From: Candidatus Woesebacteria bacterium
GTDB lineage: Bacteria; Patescibacteriota; Microgenomatia; UBA12405
NCBI GenBank assembly: GCA_035402805.1
Contig: DAONDY010000002.1
Span: forward strand, 149,963 to 213,962
Length of the DNA stretch: 64,000 bases
Direction: 5' to 3'
Every line of letters starts with the position of its first letter. Positions within the stretch are counted from its first letter, which is position 1. The notes beneath the pieces were generated by a model. It was not told the origin of the DNA. It ran no database searches and saw nothing but the letters and a program-made list of their open reading frames with translations. Of the stretch, positions 19,301-31,152 are shown piece by piece. Made by a program: the position numbers and the translations under genes.

Positions 19301-22300
19301 GATATATTTATGCTTTAAAAGGGAATACAGATGATACTTTTATGAGATACGATACTATGACTGATAGTTGGGAAGTTTTAGATAATATTGATTTTGGAGC
19401 ACCGATACAACAACTTAATAATAATGTTTATGATGGAGCAGACTTGGCTTTTGATGGTAATCATGAAATTTATGCAATTCAAGGAGGAAGTAAAACTGGT
19501 TTCTCGGTTTATAATATTAGTAGTGAAAAGTGGAGTCAGTTAGGAAATTTACCAGTAATGGCTGGAGCTGGATCGCAAATAGAGTTTGATGCTGATAATA
19601 ATGCTATTTATTATTCACCGGGGTGGGGAAGAAATTTCTTCTATAAATATAGCATTGAAAGCCAAAGCTGGAGTGAACTAGCAGAGGTACCTTATGTGGT
19701 AGGGGCAGGATCAGCTTTAAAAAAAGTTGGTGATAATATATTTTTGGCAATAGGAGGAGGAAGTGCAAATATTTATAAATATTCCATAAGTAAAAATGCT
19801 TGGTCGGTACCGACAATGGGATTGTTTGGTGGTTTTTTTAGGGGTAGTGACAGTAGAAATTTTACTTATGGTGCAGATATAGTTAAAGGAGATGGGGATT
19901 ATTATTATTTGACTAGAGGTAATTACGATAATCTCTTTGTTAGATATAATCCTGAAACTGGAGTGGCAACAAAAATGGCTGATGCTCCAGGAGGTTTTTA
20001 TAGTGGTGGAGATTTAACTTATGATAGTGTGGCTAATAAAATTTATGCTATTACTAATCCTAATTATAGAAAATTATTTGTCTATGATATAGCGACTGAT
20101 GTTTGGAGTGAAGAAATTAATGACCCACCACCGGCTGACGCTGCTGATGGAGGAGCGATGTCTTTTGATGGATCTAAATATATTTATTGGATTAGAGGTA
20201 TTGGTCAAAGTTTTTATAGATTTGATACTCAAGGAGTGGGAACTAGTAAGTGGTCAAAACTTCCAAATGTGCCTTTGGCAATTGGGGCTGGTGGCGATTT
20301 AGTAGTTAAAGGTGATTATATCTATAGTTTAAGAGGAGCTGCTTCAACCAGCTTTTTAAGATTTGATATTGGAACAACAACTTGGTCTGATGTGGCAGTA
20401 GCTGATTTACCATCTGGGATGACAGTAACAACAGATGGATTTTTAGTTGATTTAGGTGGAAACAAATTAATGGCTTGTCGAGGAAATAATACTAATACTT
20501 GTTATGAATATTCTATTAGTGATAACAGTTGGCAATTAATAGATGGAACTTTTGGACCATATATTTATAGAGGAGCAGCGGGAGCTAGTAATGGGGAAAA
20601 TAGAGCTTTTATAATTCCAGGAAATGGAACAGTAAATACACCAAATAATGGAATATACAGTTATGTAAGTCAAGGAAGTGATTCTGCTTATGAAGAAGAT
20701 GGTAGTTATATTAGTCCAGTTTATGATCTAGATATGGTTTATCGTTTTGCTAATTTAAAAGTTGGTGTATCAATGCCAAATAATACCGATTTGAATGTTT
20801 ATACAAAAACTTCTAGTGATAATGTTGAATGGAGTGATTGGGCTTTGGTTAGTGATAAAAAGATTATTGGAAATGATTGGATTTATAAAATAAATTCAAT
20901 ACCTGGTCGATATTTAATGATCAAATTAAACTTGTCCTCTAGTGATGGAATAAAAACTGGTGTAGTTAATGATTACCAAATTAGTTATTACCAAGATTTA
21001 GATCCGCCAAATAATCCGACGGAATTAAGTGTTTATCAGAATATTAGTAAAGGAACAACTTTAACTTCGGGAGTTTGGAATAATAGTACAACTCCTTATT
21101 TTGAATGGAATACAGGTACAGATGGAGACAATGGTTCAGGAGTGGCGGGTTATTATACTTATTTTAATCTAGGATCAACTGCTGATCCGGCAGTTTTAGG
21201 AACTTATACAACAGCACCTAATTTTAGTGGAGTTGGCTTATCTAGCGGGCAAACATACTTTTTCCGAATGAAGACTAAAGATAGTGCCAATAATATAAGT
21301 AGTGAAGTTGGAACAACTTTTGTCTATAAATTAGATAATACGCCGCCAGTTAATCCAATAACTATTTCAGTTGATCCACCAGGGTATACAAACACTAATA
21401 ATTTTAATTTTACTTGGTCTTCAGGAAGTGATGTTGGTTCATCAGTATCGGCTTATTGTTATAAAGTAGGAATAGGTGGAACTGAGAGTTGTATTCAGGG
21501 AATAGGGATAACTGGTGTTAGTGGAGTGCAAGCTTATCAAACAGGAACTAATACTTTCTATTTGAGAGTAAAAGACACAGCTAATAACTATGCGACTGAT
21601 TATGCTACGGCAAGTTTTTATTACAGTTCAATAGCTCCTGGAGCACCAAAAAATTTAGCAGTAGGGCCAACTATTAATTCAGTTAATGAATTTGCCTTTT
21701 CTTGGCAAGCACCAGACTTGTTTTATGGTCAACAAGTTGGATTGAGATATTATTATTCAATTAATGAAGAGCCTTCATCTTCAAATGTCAATAAAATTGG
21801 TTTAGCTGAAACTTATTTATCGAGTGGTCCTTATGCCACCAGAAAAGACAGTAACACTTTTTATGTGGTAGCAAAAGATGAAGCAGGAAATATTGATTAT
21901 AATAATTTTACTTCGGTTCAATTTGAAGCCAAAACTTCAGCTCCTGGAATTCCTTTAAATACTGATATTTCTGATGTATCAGTTAAAGAAACTAATAATT
22001 GGAGGTTGGCTTTGGCTTGGGAAAGTCCGGAAGTAAGTGGTTCAGGAATTGCCAATTATAAAGTTTACAGGTCAGGGGTGACAGATGCTAATTGTAGTAC
22101 TGATATGGATGACTTTACTAATATCTCTTCAACTAGTAGTGAATCATTTGTGGATACAAATTTAAAACAAACAAAATATTATTATTGTGTAACAGCTTGT
22201 GATTCAACTAATGAATGTAGTGCACCATCTAGTACAGTATCTTTAACTCCCGATGGAAAATGGCGGGTAGCTCCAACTTTATTAGATGGTCCAAGTGCGG

Positions 22301-23499
22301 TGGTAAAAACTAAATCGGCGACTGTTACATGGACAACCAATAGAACAGCTAGTTCATTTGTAAAATACGGAAAAAGTTCTGGTGATTATGGTGATGAAGT
22401 GGGAACTTCTGATCAATTAACGGCTCATGAAATTGATTTATCAGGATTGGATCCGGGAACAACTTATTATTATAAAGTTTTATGGACCGACGAAGATGGA
22501 AATACTGGAGAATCAGCAGAACAAACTTTTTCAACTAATGCAGCGCCACTAGTATCGGCAGTAAAAGTAAGTGATGTAAGTTTATATTCGGCTTATGTCG
22601 ACTTTACTCTTAAAAATGCAGTTAAAGCGGTGGTTCAATATGGAAAAACGACAGCTTATGGAAATAATCAGGAAATTACAACTTCTAGAGCTGAGGGAAG
22701 TTATATGTTTAAGATAGAAGAGTTGGAAGAAGGAACTGTTTATCATTTAAAGATACAAGCTTTAGATGAAGAAGGAAATATTTTTACTAGCGATGATTAT
22801 ATTTTTGAAACTTTACCAGTACCAAAGCTTTCAGATGTTAAAACCCAACAAGTTAAAGGAATGGCGACGGCAACTTTAAGATTGTTGTGGAAATCAAATA
22901 CAGCAGTGAGTTCAATAGTTACTTATTATCCAGTTGGAAGAACAGAAATGGCCAAAGATAATATTAAATTAACTTTATCAAAAAATCATGAAGTTTTATT
23001 AAAAGATTTATATGACGATACAGAATATGTATTAGTTTTTAAAGGAAGAGATTCAATGGGAAATAGTGCGGAGGGTATAACTTTGAAATTTAAAACATCA
23101 GCTGATATGAGACCACCAGTAATTTCTGATTTAAGATTAGAATCAGTTGTTGATGGAATAGGGGCTGATGCTAAAGCTCAAGTAATTGTTTATTGGAACA
23201 CTGATGAACCAGCAAGTTCGCAAGTAGAATATGGCCAAGGAACTGGCAATGATTATCCGAATAAGAGTCAAAAAGATTCTAATTTAACATTGAATCATAG
23301 TTTGACAGTTCCAGAGTTGAAACCGTCAGAGGTTTACCATTTTAGAGTAGTAACTGAGGATAAAATTGGCAATGTAAGTATGTCTTATGATAATGTAGTA
23401 ATAACCTCGAAAGAAACTAAATCAGCTTTGGATTTGGTAATTGAAAACTTATCTAAAAGTTTTGGATTTGTCAGTAATTTATCAGGAGTGGCTAAATAA
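16362..23499 (+). CDS. Giant secreted surface protein (~2379 aa): signal peptide, several Kelch-like beta-propeller repeat arrays (recurring Y.Y..RG....F.RYN....W units), interspersed FN3-like domains, and C-terminal array of purple-acid-phosphatase-N/FN3-like domains
   Basis: ORF track frame 16258-23499. Preferred start ATG 16362 giving MNWKKIFLLALIFFISSLVSA signal peptide. Dozens of ~45-aa Kelch-like repeats. FN3-like segments (ATVTWTTNRTASSFVKYGK...TTYYYKV). Confidence 0.8.
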
Positions 23500-24302
23500 T
23501 GATTAATAAAGAAATAATTCTAAAAATAGACGATGTAAAAATGGATTTTAATGTTGGGGGTCAAACGGTGCAGGTATTAAAAGGAATTAGTATGGATATC
23601 AAACAAGGTGATTTTGCTGTGATATTTGGACCATCAGGATGTGGTAAATCAACCTTATTACATTGTATTTTGGGAATGGAAAAACCAACTTCAGGAAAAG
23701 TTGCAATTGAAGGGATAGAAATAGGAAATATGACAGAAGATGAAATGGTTAAGTTTAGAAAAACTAGAATTGGATTTGTTTTTCAGCAATCAATATGGAT
23801 TAAATCTTTAAATGTATTAGAAAATGTAAGTTTTCCTAATTTATTAAAAGGAATGACTAAAGAGGATGCTCAAAAACTGGCTCTGGAAACCCTTAAAGAG
23901 GTTAAATTAGATAATTGGGCTAGTTATAGTCCAAGTCAATTATCTGGAGGTCAACAGCAAAGAGTTAGTCTAGCGAGAGCTTTAACCTTGGATCCAGCCA
24001 TAATTGTGGCTGATGAACCAACTGGAAATTTGGATACGGTGGCTGGTGATGAATTAATAGGCTTATTGGTAAGCTTAAATAAAGATAAAGGTAAAACTAT
24101 TGTAATGGTTACTCATGATTTGGAATATTTAAAATTTGCAAACAAATTGTTTCATATAATTGATGGTGAATTAGTGGAACAATTTGATAATGCTGAGGCA
24201 ATAAAAATGTCAGGTTCATTAAGAACTAAAAAAGGTAAAAGAACGAAAGAAACTGTTTGTAATGATAATTATTTAGATTCTAGAAATAAAAAATGCAAAT
24301 AA
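23499..24302 (+). CDS. ABC transporter ATP-binding protein, FtsE/LolD/MacB family
   Basis: Walker A GPSGCGKST, signature LSGGQQQRVSLARAL, Walker B IVADEPTGNLD. TAATG overlap with giant gene. Confidence 0.88.
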   Translation: MINKEIILKIDDVKMDFNVGGQTVQVLKGISMDIKQGDFAVIFGPSGCGKSTLLHCILGMEKPTSGKVAIEGIEIGNMTEDEMVKFRKTRIGFVFQQSIWIKSLNVLENVSFPNLLKGMTKEDAQKLALETLKEVKLDNWASYSPSQLSGGQQQRVSLARALTLDPAIIVADEPTGNLDTVAGDELIGLLVSLNKDKGKTIVMVTHDLEYLKFANKLFHIIDGELVEQFDNAEAIKMSGSLRTKKGKRTKETVCNDNYLDSRNKKCK

Positions 24303-26386
24303 TTAATAAAATTAAATCATTCAGTTTAAAAACTTTTTTAGCCAAGATGAGGGCAGCGATTTTATTTATCTGGTCAAATATAGTTTTTTTAGTTGTGCTA
24401 TTGGTTTATGTAATTAGAGGATTATTAAAATTCTTAACAAGAAGGAAATGGATAGGAAAATTATTTTTGTTGATAAAAACCGAATTTTTAATAAATTTAT
24501 TAACTAAATTAATGTATAAAATTGATGTTAATAAAGATGGAGGAGTGACTAAAAGTTATCTAATAGAATTGGCTTTTAGAAACATGAAATCTAAAAGAAA
24601 TAGAGCAATAGTGACAGTTGGAGGAGTGGCGTTGGGAGTAGGGGCAATTGTGTTTTTAGTGTCCATTGGTTATGGATTAGAAAGTATGGTAATTGGCAGA
24701 GTGGCAAAATTAGATGAATTAAAAATGGCTGATATCAGCTTAGGTAAATCTTTGACAGTTAAATTAAATGATGAAACATTGGAAAAAATTAAAGCTTTGA
24801 AAGATGTTACAGAAGTGATCCCAGTAGTTTCGATGGTTTCTAAAATTAAATTTAATAACTCAGTCTTTGATGTAATGTCTTTTGGAGTTGATGAAAGATA
24901 TATAAAAGCAGTAAATCCAAATTTTATAAGCGGAGAAAAATTTGCCGATAAGGATAAAAATTTTGTTTACAATAATGAAAATAATCAAAATATTTTAGGA
25001 GTAGAACAAGAAGTAGAAATGGTTGATGATAGTATGAAAACAAATTCAGGAATTTTTGATTTTAATGTGAAAGATGACAAAAAAGTAATGGTTTATAGTG
25101 ATTGTAATATGATTAAAAGCGAAGCTTTGGGTTATGTAATCAGAAGTGAGGGTGGGTATATAGGTGAAGAAGTTTGGGGTGAATATTATTTAAATGAAGA
25201 AAATAATGTGGTTGGGAGAAAAGAAAAATCAGAAGAATTTTATTCAAAATGGATTAGGGCAAAAGTGCCTTTATGGATGATAGGTGAAGAAGGATTAGCG
25301 GTGCCAAAGTTGACAAAAAATGGAGAACAGGAATGGGTGATTGGTTGTTTTAAAAATGAAGAAATAATAACTGAGGAAGGAAATTACGAAAAATCTAATT
25401 TAGATGAATATCTTGAAGGTGATGTTTTAGGAATAGCAACAGAATCAGCGGAATTAGTAACAACAGAAGAGGCAACTCCTTCAGCTAATTTATTTGAAAC
25501 AGTGACAGCAACTGATTCGGCTGGAATTGAATGGGTGGAACTAAAAAAAGTAGAAGAAGATCCAAATGCTTTAAAAGAAGTTGCTTTTAATGGGAGCCCA
25601 GTAGCAGAGGCTTTTGTTAGTACGGGAATGTTAAAACTTTTAGGGATGACGGCTGATAAAGCTATTGGAACTAATTTTAAAATTTCTTATATTATTCCCG
25701 ATGGTAATATTAGTGGAGTTAGTGGGAGGTTACAATCAACCGAGATTGAATATAAGGTCAAAGGAGTAGTAGATGATGCAACTAGTAATTACTATTATTT
25801 TCAAATAGCTGATGCTAAAAGATTAGGAATTAGTATTTATTCTCAATTAAAAGTAGTAGCTAAAGATAAGATAGCTTTGGCTGATGTTAGAAAAAATATT
25901 GAAGAATTGGGTTTAAAAACTGATAGTACAGCGGATACGGTGGTAAGAATAGAAAGTTTATTTGGAACTTTAAGAATAATTTTAGGATTTTTGGGTACAA
26001 TTGCTTTAGCAGTGGCATCTTTGGGGATGTTTAATACAATGACGGTTTCACTTTTAGAAAGAACTAGAGAGGTTGGTGTTATGAAGACTATGGGGATGCT
26101 TTCCAATGAGGTAAGAGAACTATTTTTGGCTGAGTCAATGATTATGGGAGTAGGAGGTGGAGTATTAGGAATTTTATTTGGATTTTTTTTAGGAAAAATA
26201 TTGTCAATAATTTTAAGTTCGATTTCTCTTTTAAAGGGTCAAGGAATAATAAGTATTACGACTATTCCTTGGTTTTTCACAGTATTTATTTTAGCAGTGT
26301 CTTTTTTGGTGGGAATAATTACTGGTTGGTATCCATCAAAGAGAGCTAGACAGATATCAGCTTTAAATGCTTTAAGATACGAATAA
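24293..26386 (+). CDS. MacB/FtsX-type ABC permease (697 aa) with extra N-terminal TM helix, large extracytoplasmic domain and C-terminal FtsX 3-TM bundle
   Basis: LAFRNMKSKRNRAIVT...GVALGVGAIVFLVSIG (TM1), ~400-aa middle domain, C-terminal FtsX-like helices. 10-nt overlap with ATPase gene. Confidence 0.8.
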   Translation: MQIINKIKSFSLKTFLAKMRAAILFIWSNIVFLVVLLVYVIRGLLKFLTRRKWIGKLFLLIKTEFLINLLTKLMYKIDVNKDGGVTKSYLIELAFRNMKSKRNRAIVTVGGVALGVGAIVFLVSIGYGLESMVIGRVAKLDELKMADISLGKSLTVKLNDETLEKIKALKDVTEVIPVVSMVSKIKFNNSVFDVMSFGVDERYIKAVNPNFISGEKFADKDKNFVYNNENNQNILGVEQEVEMVDDSMKTNSGIFDFNVKDDKKVMVYSDCNMIKSEALGYVIRSEGGYIGEEVWGEYYLNEENNVVGRKEKSEEFYSKWIRAKVPLWMIGEEGLAVPKLTKNGEQEWVIGCFKNEEIITEEGNYEKSNLDEYLEGDVLGIATESAELVTTEEATPSANLFETVTATDSAGIEWVELKKVEEDPNALKEVAFNGSPVAEAFVSTGMLKLLGMTADKAIGTNFKISYIIPDGNISGVSGRLQSTEIEYKVKGVVDDATSNYYYFQIADAKRLGISIYSQLKVVAKDKIALADVRKNIEELGLKTDSTADTVVRIESLFGTLRIILGFLGTIALAVASLGMFNTMTVSLLERTREVGVMKTMGMLSNEVRELFLAESMIMGVGGGVLGILFGFFLGKILSIILSSISLLKGQGIISITTIPWFFTVFILAVSFLVGIITGWYPSKRARQISALNALRYE

Positions 26387-26388
26387 GT

Positions 26389-27387
26389 TTATTCAATTTC
26401 TGGCTTAGAGATCTCGTCGTAAACAACTTTAGAGACCTGTTTTATAAAATTGGCGGCATTGTCAAAGTCAGTACTACGACTCATAACACAGATCAAATAA
26501 GGTTTATTAGGTAGATAAACAATACCACAATCGTGAAGTTGTTTTTCTTTACTTGGTAAATATTGACGTTCGCCAAATTTATGAGAAACAGTAATGTTTT
26601 CTGGAACACCAGCGACTAAACCTTTGTAATATTGAGTTTTTGATAAAATGTTTAAAGCTTTTTCTGAGTTGTCTTGATCTAAAAAAGAAGCATTGAATAA
26701 AATTCTAAAAAATGAAGCATAATCTTTAACAGTAATAATATTACCATTAGGATCTTTCTGGGCTCTGGAAATATCAACGTCTAAATCTTTATAGACATTA
26801 AAAATTTTAGTATTATCGATATTGTCTAAAAGTAATTCATAGGCAGCGTTATCAGAGTAAATAATCATACGTTCAAGTAGATCACCAATAGTATATTCTT
26901 TATCTTTTTCGATGGTTTGAGTTGGAGTAATATTTTGTTGACTGTAATCAAAGTCTCTATTGTTGATAATTTTTTTATCTAAAAAATCATGATCCTTTTC
27001 GGTTTCTTTAAGGTAAGCCATTAAAACTGGAACCTTAATAAGACTAGCAGGCGAGAAGTATTCTTTTTCGTTAATACCAAGCCAAGGACCATTATTTAAA
27101 TCGCGATAATAAATCGAAGCAAAACTGATATTACCACTAGAAATTTGTTGATTAATAATAAATTGAATTTCTTTTTTTAATGAAGCTAAATTTTTATCTT
27201 GGCTAATAGTACTGGTTTCACATTCAAGTAGAGGGTTAATATATTTATAATTAAAATTATTACGAACTTCTTTAATAATATTTTGATTTGTTGTAGTAAA
27301 GATATAAGGTGAAAAAATAAGTCCACCAACAAAACTGACTAAAATTAAAGAAGAAGTAACGGCTATTTTTTTAATTGATAGATCCAT
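26389..27387 (-). CDS. Membrane-anchored class A beta-lactamase-like serine hydrolase
   Basis: SxxK motif SLIKVPVLMAYL, SDN motif IYSDNAAYELL, KTG-like HKFGE. N-terminal TM. Confidence 0.6.
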   Translation of the reverse strand: MDLSIKKIAVTSSLILVSFVGGLIFSPYIFTTTNQNIIKEVRNNFNYKYINPLLECETSTISQDKNLASLKKEIQFIINQQISSGNISFASIYYRDLNNGPWLGINEKEYFSPASLIKVPVLMAYLKETEKDHDFLDKKIINNRDFDYSQQNITPTQTIEKDKEYTIGDLLERMIIYSDNAAYELLLDNIDNTKIFNVYKDLDVDISRAQKDPNGNIITVKDYASFFRILFNASFLDQDNSEKALNILSKTQYYKGLVAGVPENITVSHKFGERQYLPSKEKQLHDCGIVYLPNKPYLICVMSRSTDFDNAANFIKQVSKVVYDEISKPEIE

Positions 27388-27438
27388 TATTATGAATATA
27401 ATAACATTAAAAAAATGTTTTTTGTAGTAAAATAACCT

Positions 27439-29808
27439 ATGGAAAATTTCAAGGAAATAGAAAATAAATGGAAAAAAATTTGGGAAGAAAACAAAGAATT
27501 GTATCGGGCTGATGATAATTCAAAAAAAACTAAAAAATATATTTTAGTTGAATTCCCATATCCAAGTGGCAGTGGTTTGCATGTTGGTCATGCTTTTAGT
27601 TTTACTGGTGGAGATGTTTATGCTCGATTTAAGAGAATGCAGGGAGAAAATGTTCTATTTCCGATGGGATGGGATGCTTTTGGTTTACCAACTGAAAACT
27701 ATGCCATTAAGATGAAGAAAAAACCTCAAGAAGTGACTAAAGAAAATACAGATATGTTTAGAAATCAGATGAAAGATTTGGCTTTTTCTTTTGATTGGAG
27801 TCGAGAAGTGAATACTACAGATCCTAGTTATTATAAATGGACTCAATGGATTTTTATTCAATTGTTTAAAAATAAGTTGGCTTACAAAAAAGAAATGCCA
27901 ATTAATTGGTGTTCATCTTGTAAAATCGGTTTAGCTAATGAAGAAGTAGTTGATGGAAAATGTGAGCGTTGTGGAGCGGAAGTAAGCCGAAGAAATATAT
28001 CCCAATGGGTAGTGAAAATAACAGATTACGCTGATAAATTAATTGAAGGATTAAAAGAAACTAATTTTATAGATAAAGTTAAACAGGCTCAAATTAATTG
28101 GATTGGAAAAAGTGAAGGAGCGAAGATTAAATTTCAAATAAAGGATAAAAATGAGAGTTTAGAGGTGTTTACGACTAGACCGGACACATTACCAGGAGTA
28201 ACTTTTATGGTAATTGCACCAGAACATGAATTAGTAAATAAATTGGACAACCAAGAAATTAAAGATTACGTTAAAAATTCCAGGAAAAAGAGTGATTTAG
28301 AAAGAACGGAACTTTCCAAAGATAAAACAGGAGTATTCTCAGGATTATATGCGATTAATCCAATTAATCAAAAACAGATTCCTATTTGGATTAGTGATTT
28401 TGTTTTGGCCAGTTATGGAACTGGAGCTATTATGGCAGTCCCAGCTCATGATGAGAGAGATAAAGAGTTTGCTAAAAAGTTTGGGCTAGAAATAATTAGT
28501 GTTTACGATGAAAATGATAAATCATATAGTATAGAGACAGAAAAAAAGAAAATGATTGAGTGGATAAAAGAAAAGGGAATTGGGGAAGGAACATCAAGTT
28601 ATCATTTGAGAGATTGGATATTTAGTAGACAGCATTATTGGGGTGAACCAATACCAATGGTTAATTGTCCAAAATGTGGAATGGTGCCAGTTTCCGAAAG
28701 TGATTTGCCAATTGTATTACCAGAAGTGGAAGCTTATGAACCAACCGATGATGGACAAAGTCCTTTATCACAAATGACAGATTGGGTTAAAACTATATGT
28801 CCTAAGTGTGGTGGACAAGCTATTAGGGAAACAGATACCATGCCAAACTGGGCAGGTAGTGATTGGTATTTTTTGAGATATATTGATCCACATAATGATA
28901 CAGAAATAGCTAGTCAAGAGTTAATGAAATATTGGAGTCCAGTTGATGTTTATATAGGTGGAGATGAACATAATGTATTGCATTTGCTTTATTCTCGGTT
29001 TATTTATAAATTTTTGTGTGATTTGGGAGTAGTACCAAAGGAATATCCAGAACCATATATTAAAAGGATGTCTCATGGGGTAATTTTAGGTCCAAATAAT
29101 CAAAGGATGAGTAAGTCTAAGGGTAATGTAATTGTGCCAGAGAGTGTGGCTGATAAGTATGGCGTGGATGTGGTGAGAATGTATTTAATGTTTATGGGAC
29201 CATTTGATTCAACTATGGCTTGGAATGAAAAGACTTTGATGGGAGTGAAGAGGTTTTTGGATAGATTTGAGAAATTTATCAATTATCAATTATCAATTAT
29301 CAATCAGAATCAAAAGGAGACTGATAGCAGTAGAGAAGTTAAGGTGATAATAAACAAGCTAATTGATGGGGTTACAGAAGATTTGAATGGTTTTAAATAC
29401 AACACGGCGATTGCTAAAATAATGGAAACTCTAAATAAAATTTCCAATGACAAATATCCAATTTCCAATGAAGATTTAGAAAAGTTAATTAAATTATTGT
29501 CACCATTTGCTCCTTATTTAGCAGAAGAATTGTGGAGTGAATTAGGAAATAATACGTCTGTTCATGCCTCTGAGTGGCCTGTGGTTGATAAAAAATATTT
29601 AGTTGAAGATGAAATAACAGTCATGGTGGCTATAAATGGCAAGGTTAGAGATCAGATGTCAGTTGACAGATCTCAGATATCAGATGAAAAAGAAATAATT
29701 AAAAAAGCAAAAGAATTAGAAAATATAAAAAAATGGATTGGAGACAAAAAGATAGTTAAAGAGATATATGTCCTAAGTAAAATGATTAATTTTGTTATAC
29801 TGGATTGA
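27439..29808 (+). CDS. leuS: Leucyl-tRNA synthetase
   Basis: HIGH motif HVGHAF, KMSKS motif RMSKSKGN, CP1 editing and Zn-knuckle CxxC regions. 789 aa. Confidence 0.92.
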   Translation: MENFKEIENKWKKIWEENKELYRADDNSKKTKKYILVEFPYPSGSGLHVGHAFSFTGGDVYARFKRMQGENVLFPMGWDAFGLPTENYAIKMKKKPQEVTKENTDMFRNQMKDLAFSFDWSREVNTTDPSYYKWTQWIFIQLFKNKLAYKKEMPINWCSSCKIGLANEEVVDGKCERCGAEVSRRNISQWVVKITDYADKLIEGLKETNFIDKVKQAQINWIGKSEGAKIKFQIKDKNESLEVFTTRPDTLPGVTFMVIAPEHELVNKLDNQEIKDYVKNSRKKSDLERTELSKDKTGVFSGLYAINPINQKQIPIWISDFVLASYGTGAIMAVPAHDERDKEFAKKFGLEIISVYDENDKSYSIETEKKKMIEWIKEKGIGEGTSSYHLRDWIFSRQHYWGEPIPMVNCPKCGMVPVSESDLPIVLPEVEAYEPTDDGQSPLSQMTDWVKTICPKCGGQAIRETDTMPNWAGSDWYFLRYIDPHNDTEIASQELMKYWSPVDVYIGGDEHNVLHLLYSRFIYKFLCDLGVVPKEYPEPYIKRMSHGVILGPNNQRMSKSKGNVIVPESVADKYGVDVVRMYLMFMGPFDSTMAWNEKTLMGVKRFLDRFEKFINYQLSIINQNQKETDSSREVKVIINKLIDGVTEDLNGFKYNTAIAKIMETLNKISNDKYPISNEDLEKLIKLLSPFAPYLAEELWSELGNNTSVHASEWPVVDKKYLVEDEITVMVAINGKVRDQMSVDRSQISDEKEIIKKAKELENIKKWIGDKKIVKEIYVLSKMINFVILD

Positions 29809-29898
29809 GTATTCTGATAGGGTACATAAAAATTACTCAATAAAAGATAACAGAATATATCAAGCAGAAGATTATTTCAACTGCTAATGTAATCAAAA

Positions 29899-31152
29899 TT
29901 GGTTAAAAGATGGGAAAATATGAATAAAATGAAAAGCTTTAAATTAAATAATGGAATTAGAGGGATAATTGTCCCAATGCCGGGTTTAAAGTCGGTAACT
30001 ATTGAGGTTTTTTTAAAAATTGGTTCTAAATATGAGAATAAAGGTGAATTTGGATTAAGTCATTTTTTGGAACATATGGCTTTTAAAGGGACTGAAAAAA
30101 GACCAACAGCGACAGATATAAATAGGGAAATTGATAGTAAAGGAGCTTCTTATAATGCAGGAACTGGACATGAAATGACTTCTTACTACATAACCACAGT
30201 TAAAGAGAATGCACCATGGGCAATTGAATTAATTTCAGATATTCTTTTTAACTCGTTTTATGACGAAAAAGAAACAATAAAGGAACGAGGAGTTATTATG
30301 GAAGAGATTAGAATGTATCAAGATAATCCAATGATGGGATTAAGTGGCGAATTTACCAAGTTTTTATATCAAGATAATTCAAATATTGGTTGTTGGAATA
30401 TTGCTGGTGAAGTGTCAGATATTAAAAATGTTGATCGAAAAATAATTATTGATTATAGAAATAAGTTTATTAACCCAAAAGAAATGGTGGTGGTGGTTTG
30501 TGGAGACGTGGATAATGAATTGGAAAAAGTAATTAAAGATAATTTTGGTGGTTTTTCTAAAGATGAATCGGCATTGCCAGAGGTGAAATTAATTTTGAAT
30601 AAAGAAAAAAATATGGTGATTAAAAAAGAATTAGAGCAAGGCCATTTTTGTATGGGGGTTCCAGCTTTGGGTTGGTCTGATAAGCGAAAATACTCTTTAA
30701 AATTATTAGATATAGTTTTAGATGGAAATAGTTCTTCTCGACTTTATACTAAAATTAGAGAGGAAAGAGCTTTGGCTTATTATGTATCGCCAGTTGGAGA
30801 GATGTTTAAAGAGGGTGGTTACTGGGCAATTCAATCGGGAGTTAATTTAGACAAGATAGATGAGGCTATGGAAGTAGTAACTGAAGAAATAGGGATAATA
30901 GCTGATTCTATTAAGGAAGACGAATTAAAGAGGGCTAAGGATTACCTTTTAGGTAAGATGAAGTTATCAATGGATAAAACGGGTTTTGTTTCAGGATATG
31001 TGGGTCAAAAATTACTTTTGGAAAATAGTGAAGAAACATTAGAAGAAGAATTAAAGAAATATAATGAAACTTCTTTAAAAGAAGTAAAGGATTTAGCTAA
31101 GGAAATATTTAAAAAGGAAGAAATTAGGACTTTGGTGTGTCATAACAGGTAA
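29899..31152 (+). CDS. M16-family (pitrilysin-like) zinc peptidase
   Basis: Inverted zincin motif HFLEHMAFKGT with downstream E. Start may be one of several Met within first 12 codons. Confidence 0.75.
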   Translation: MVKRWENMNKMKSFKLNNGIRGIIVPMPGLKSVTIEVFLKIGSKYENKGEFGLSHFLEHMAFKGTEKRPTATDINREIDSKGASYNAGTGHEMTSYYITTVKENAPWAIELISDILFNSFYDEKETIKERGVIMEEIRMYQDNPMMGLSGEFTKFLYQDNSNIGCWNIAGEVSDIKNVDRKIIIDYRNKFINPKEMVVVVCGDVDNELEKVIKDNFGGFSKDESALPEVKLILNKEKNMVIKKELEQGHFCMGVPALGWSDKRKYSLKLLDIVLDGNSSSRLYTKIREERALAYYVSPVGEMFKEGGYWAIQSGVNLDKIDEAMEVVTEEIGIIADSIKEDELKRAKDYLLGKMKLSMDKTGFVSGYVGQKLLLENSEETLEEELKKYNETSLKEVKDLAKEIFKKEEIRTLVCHNR

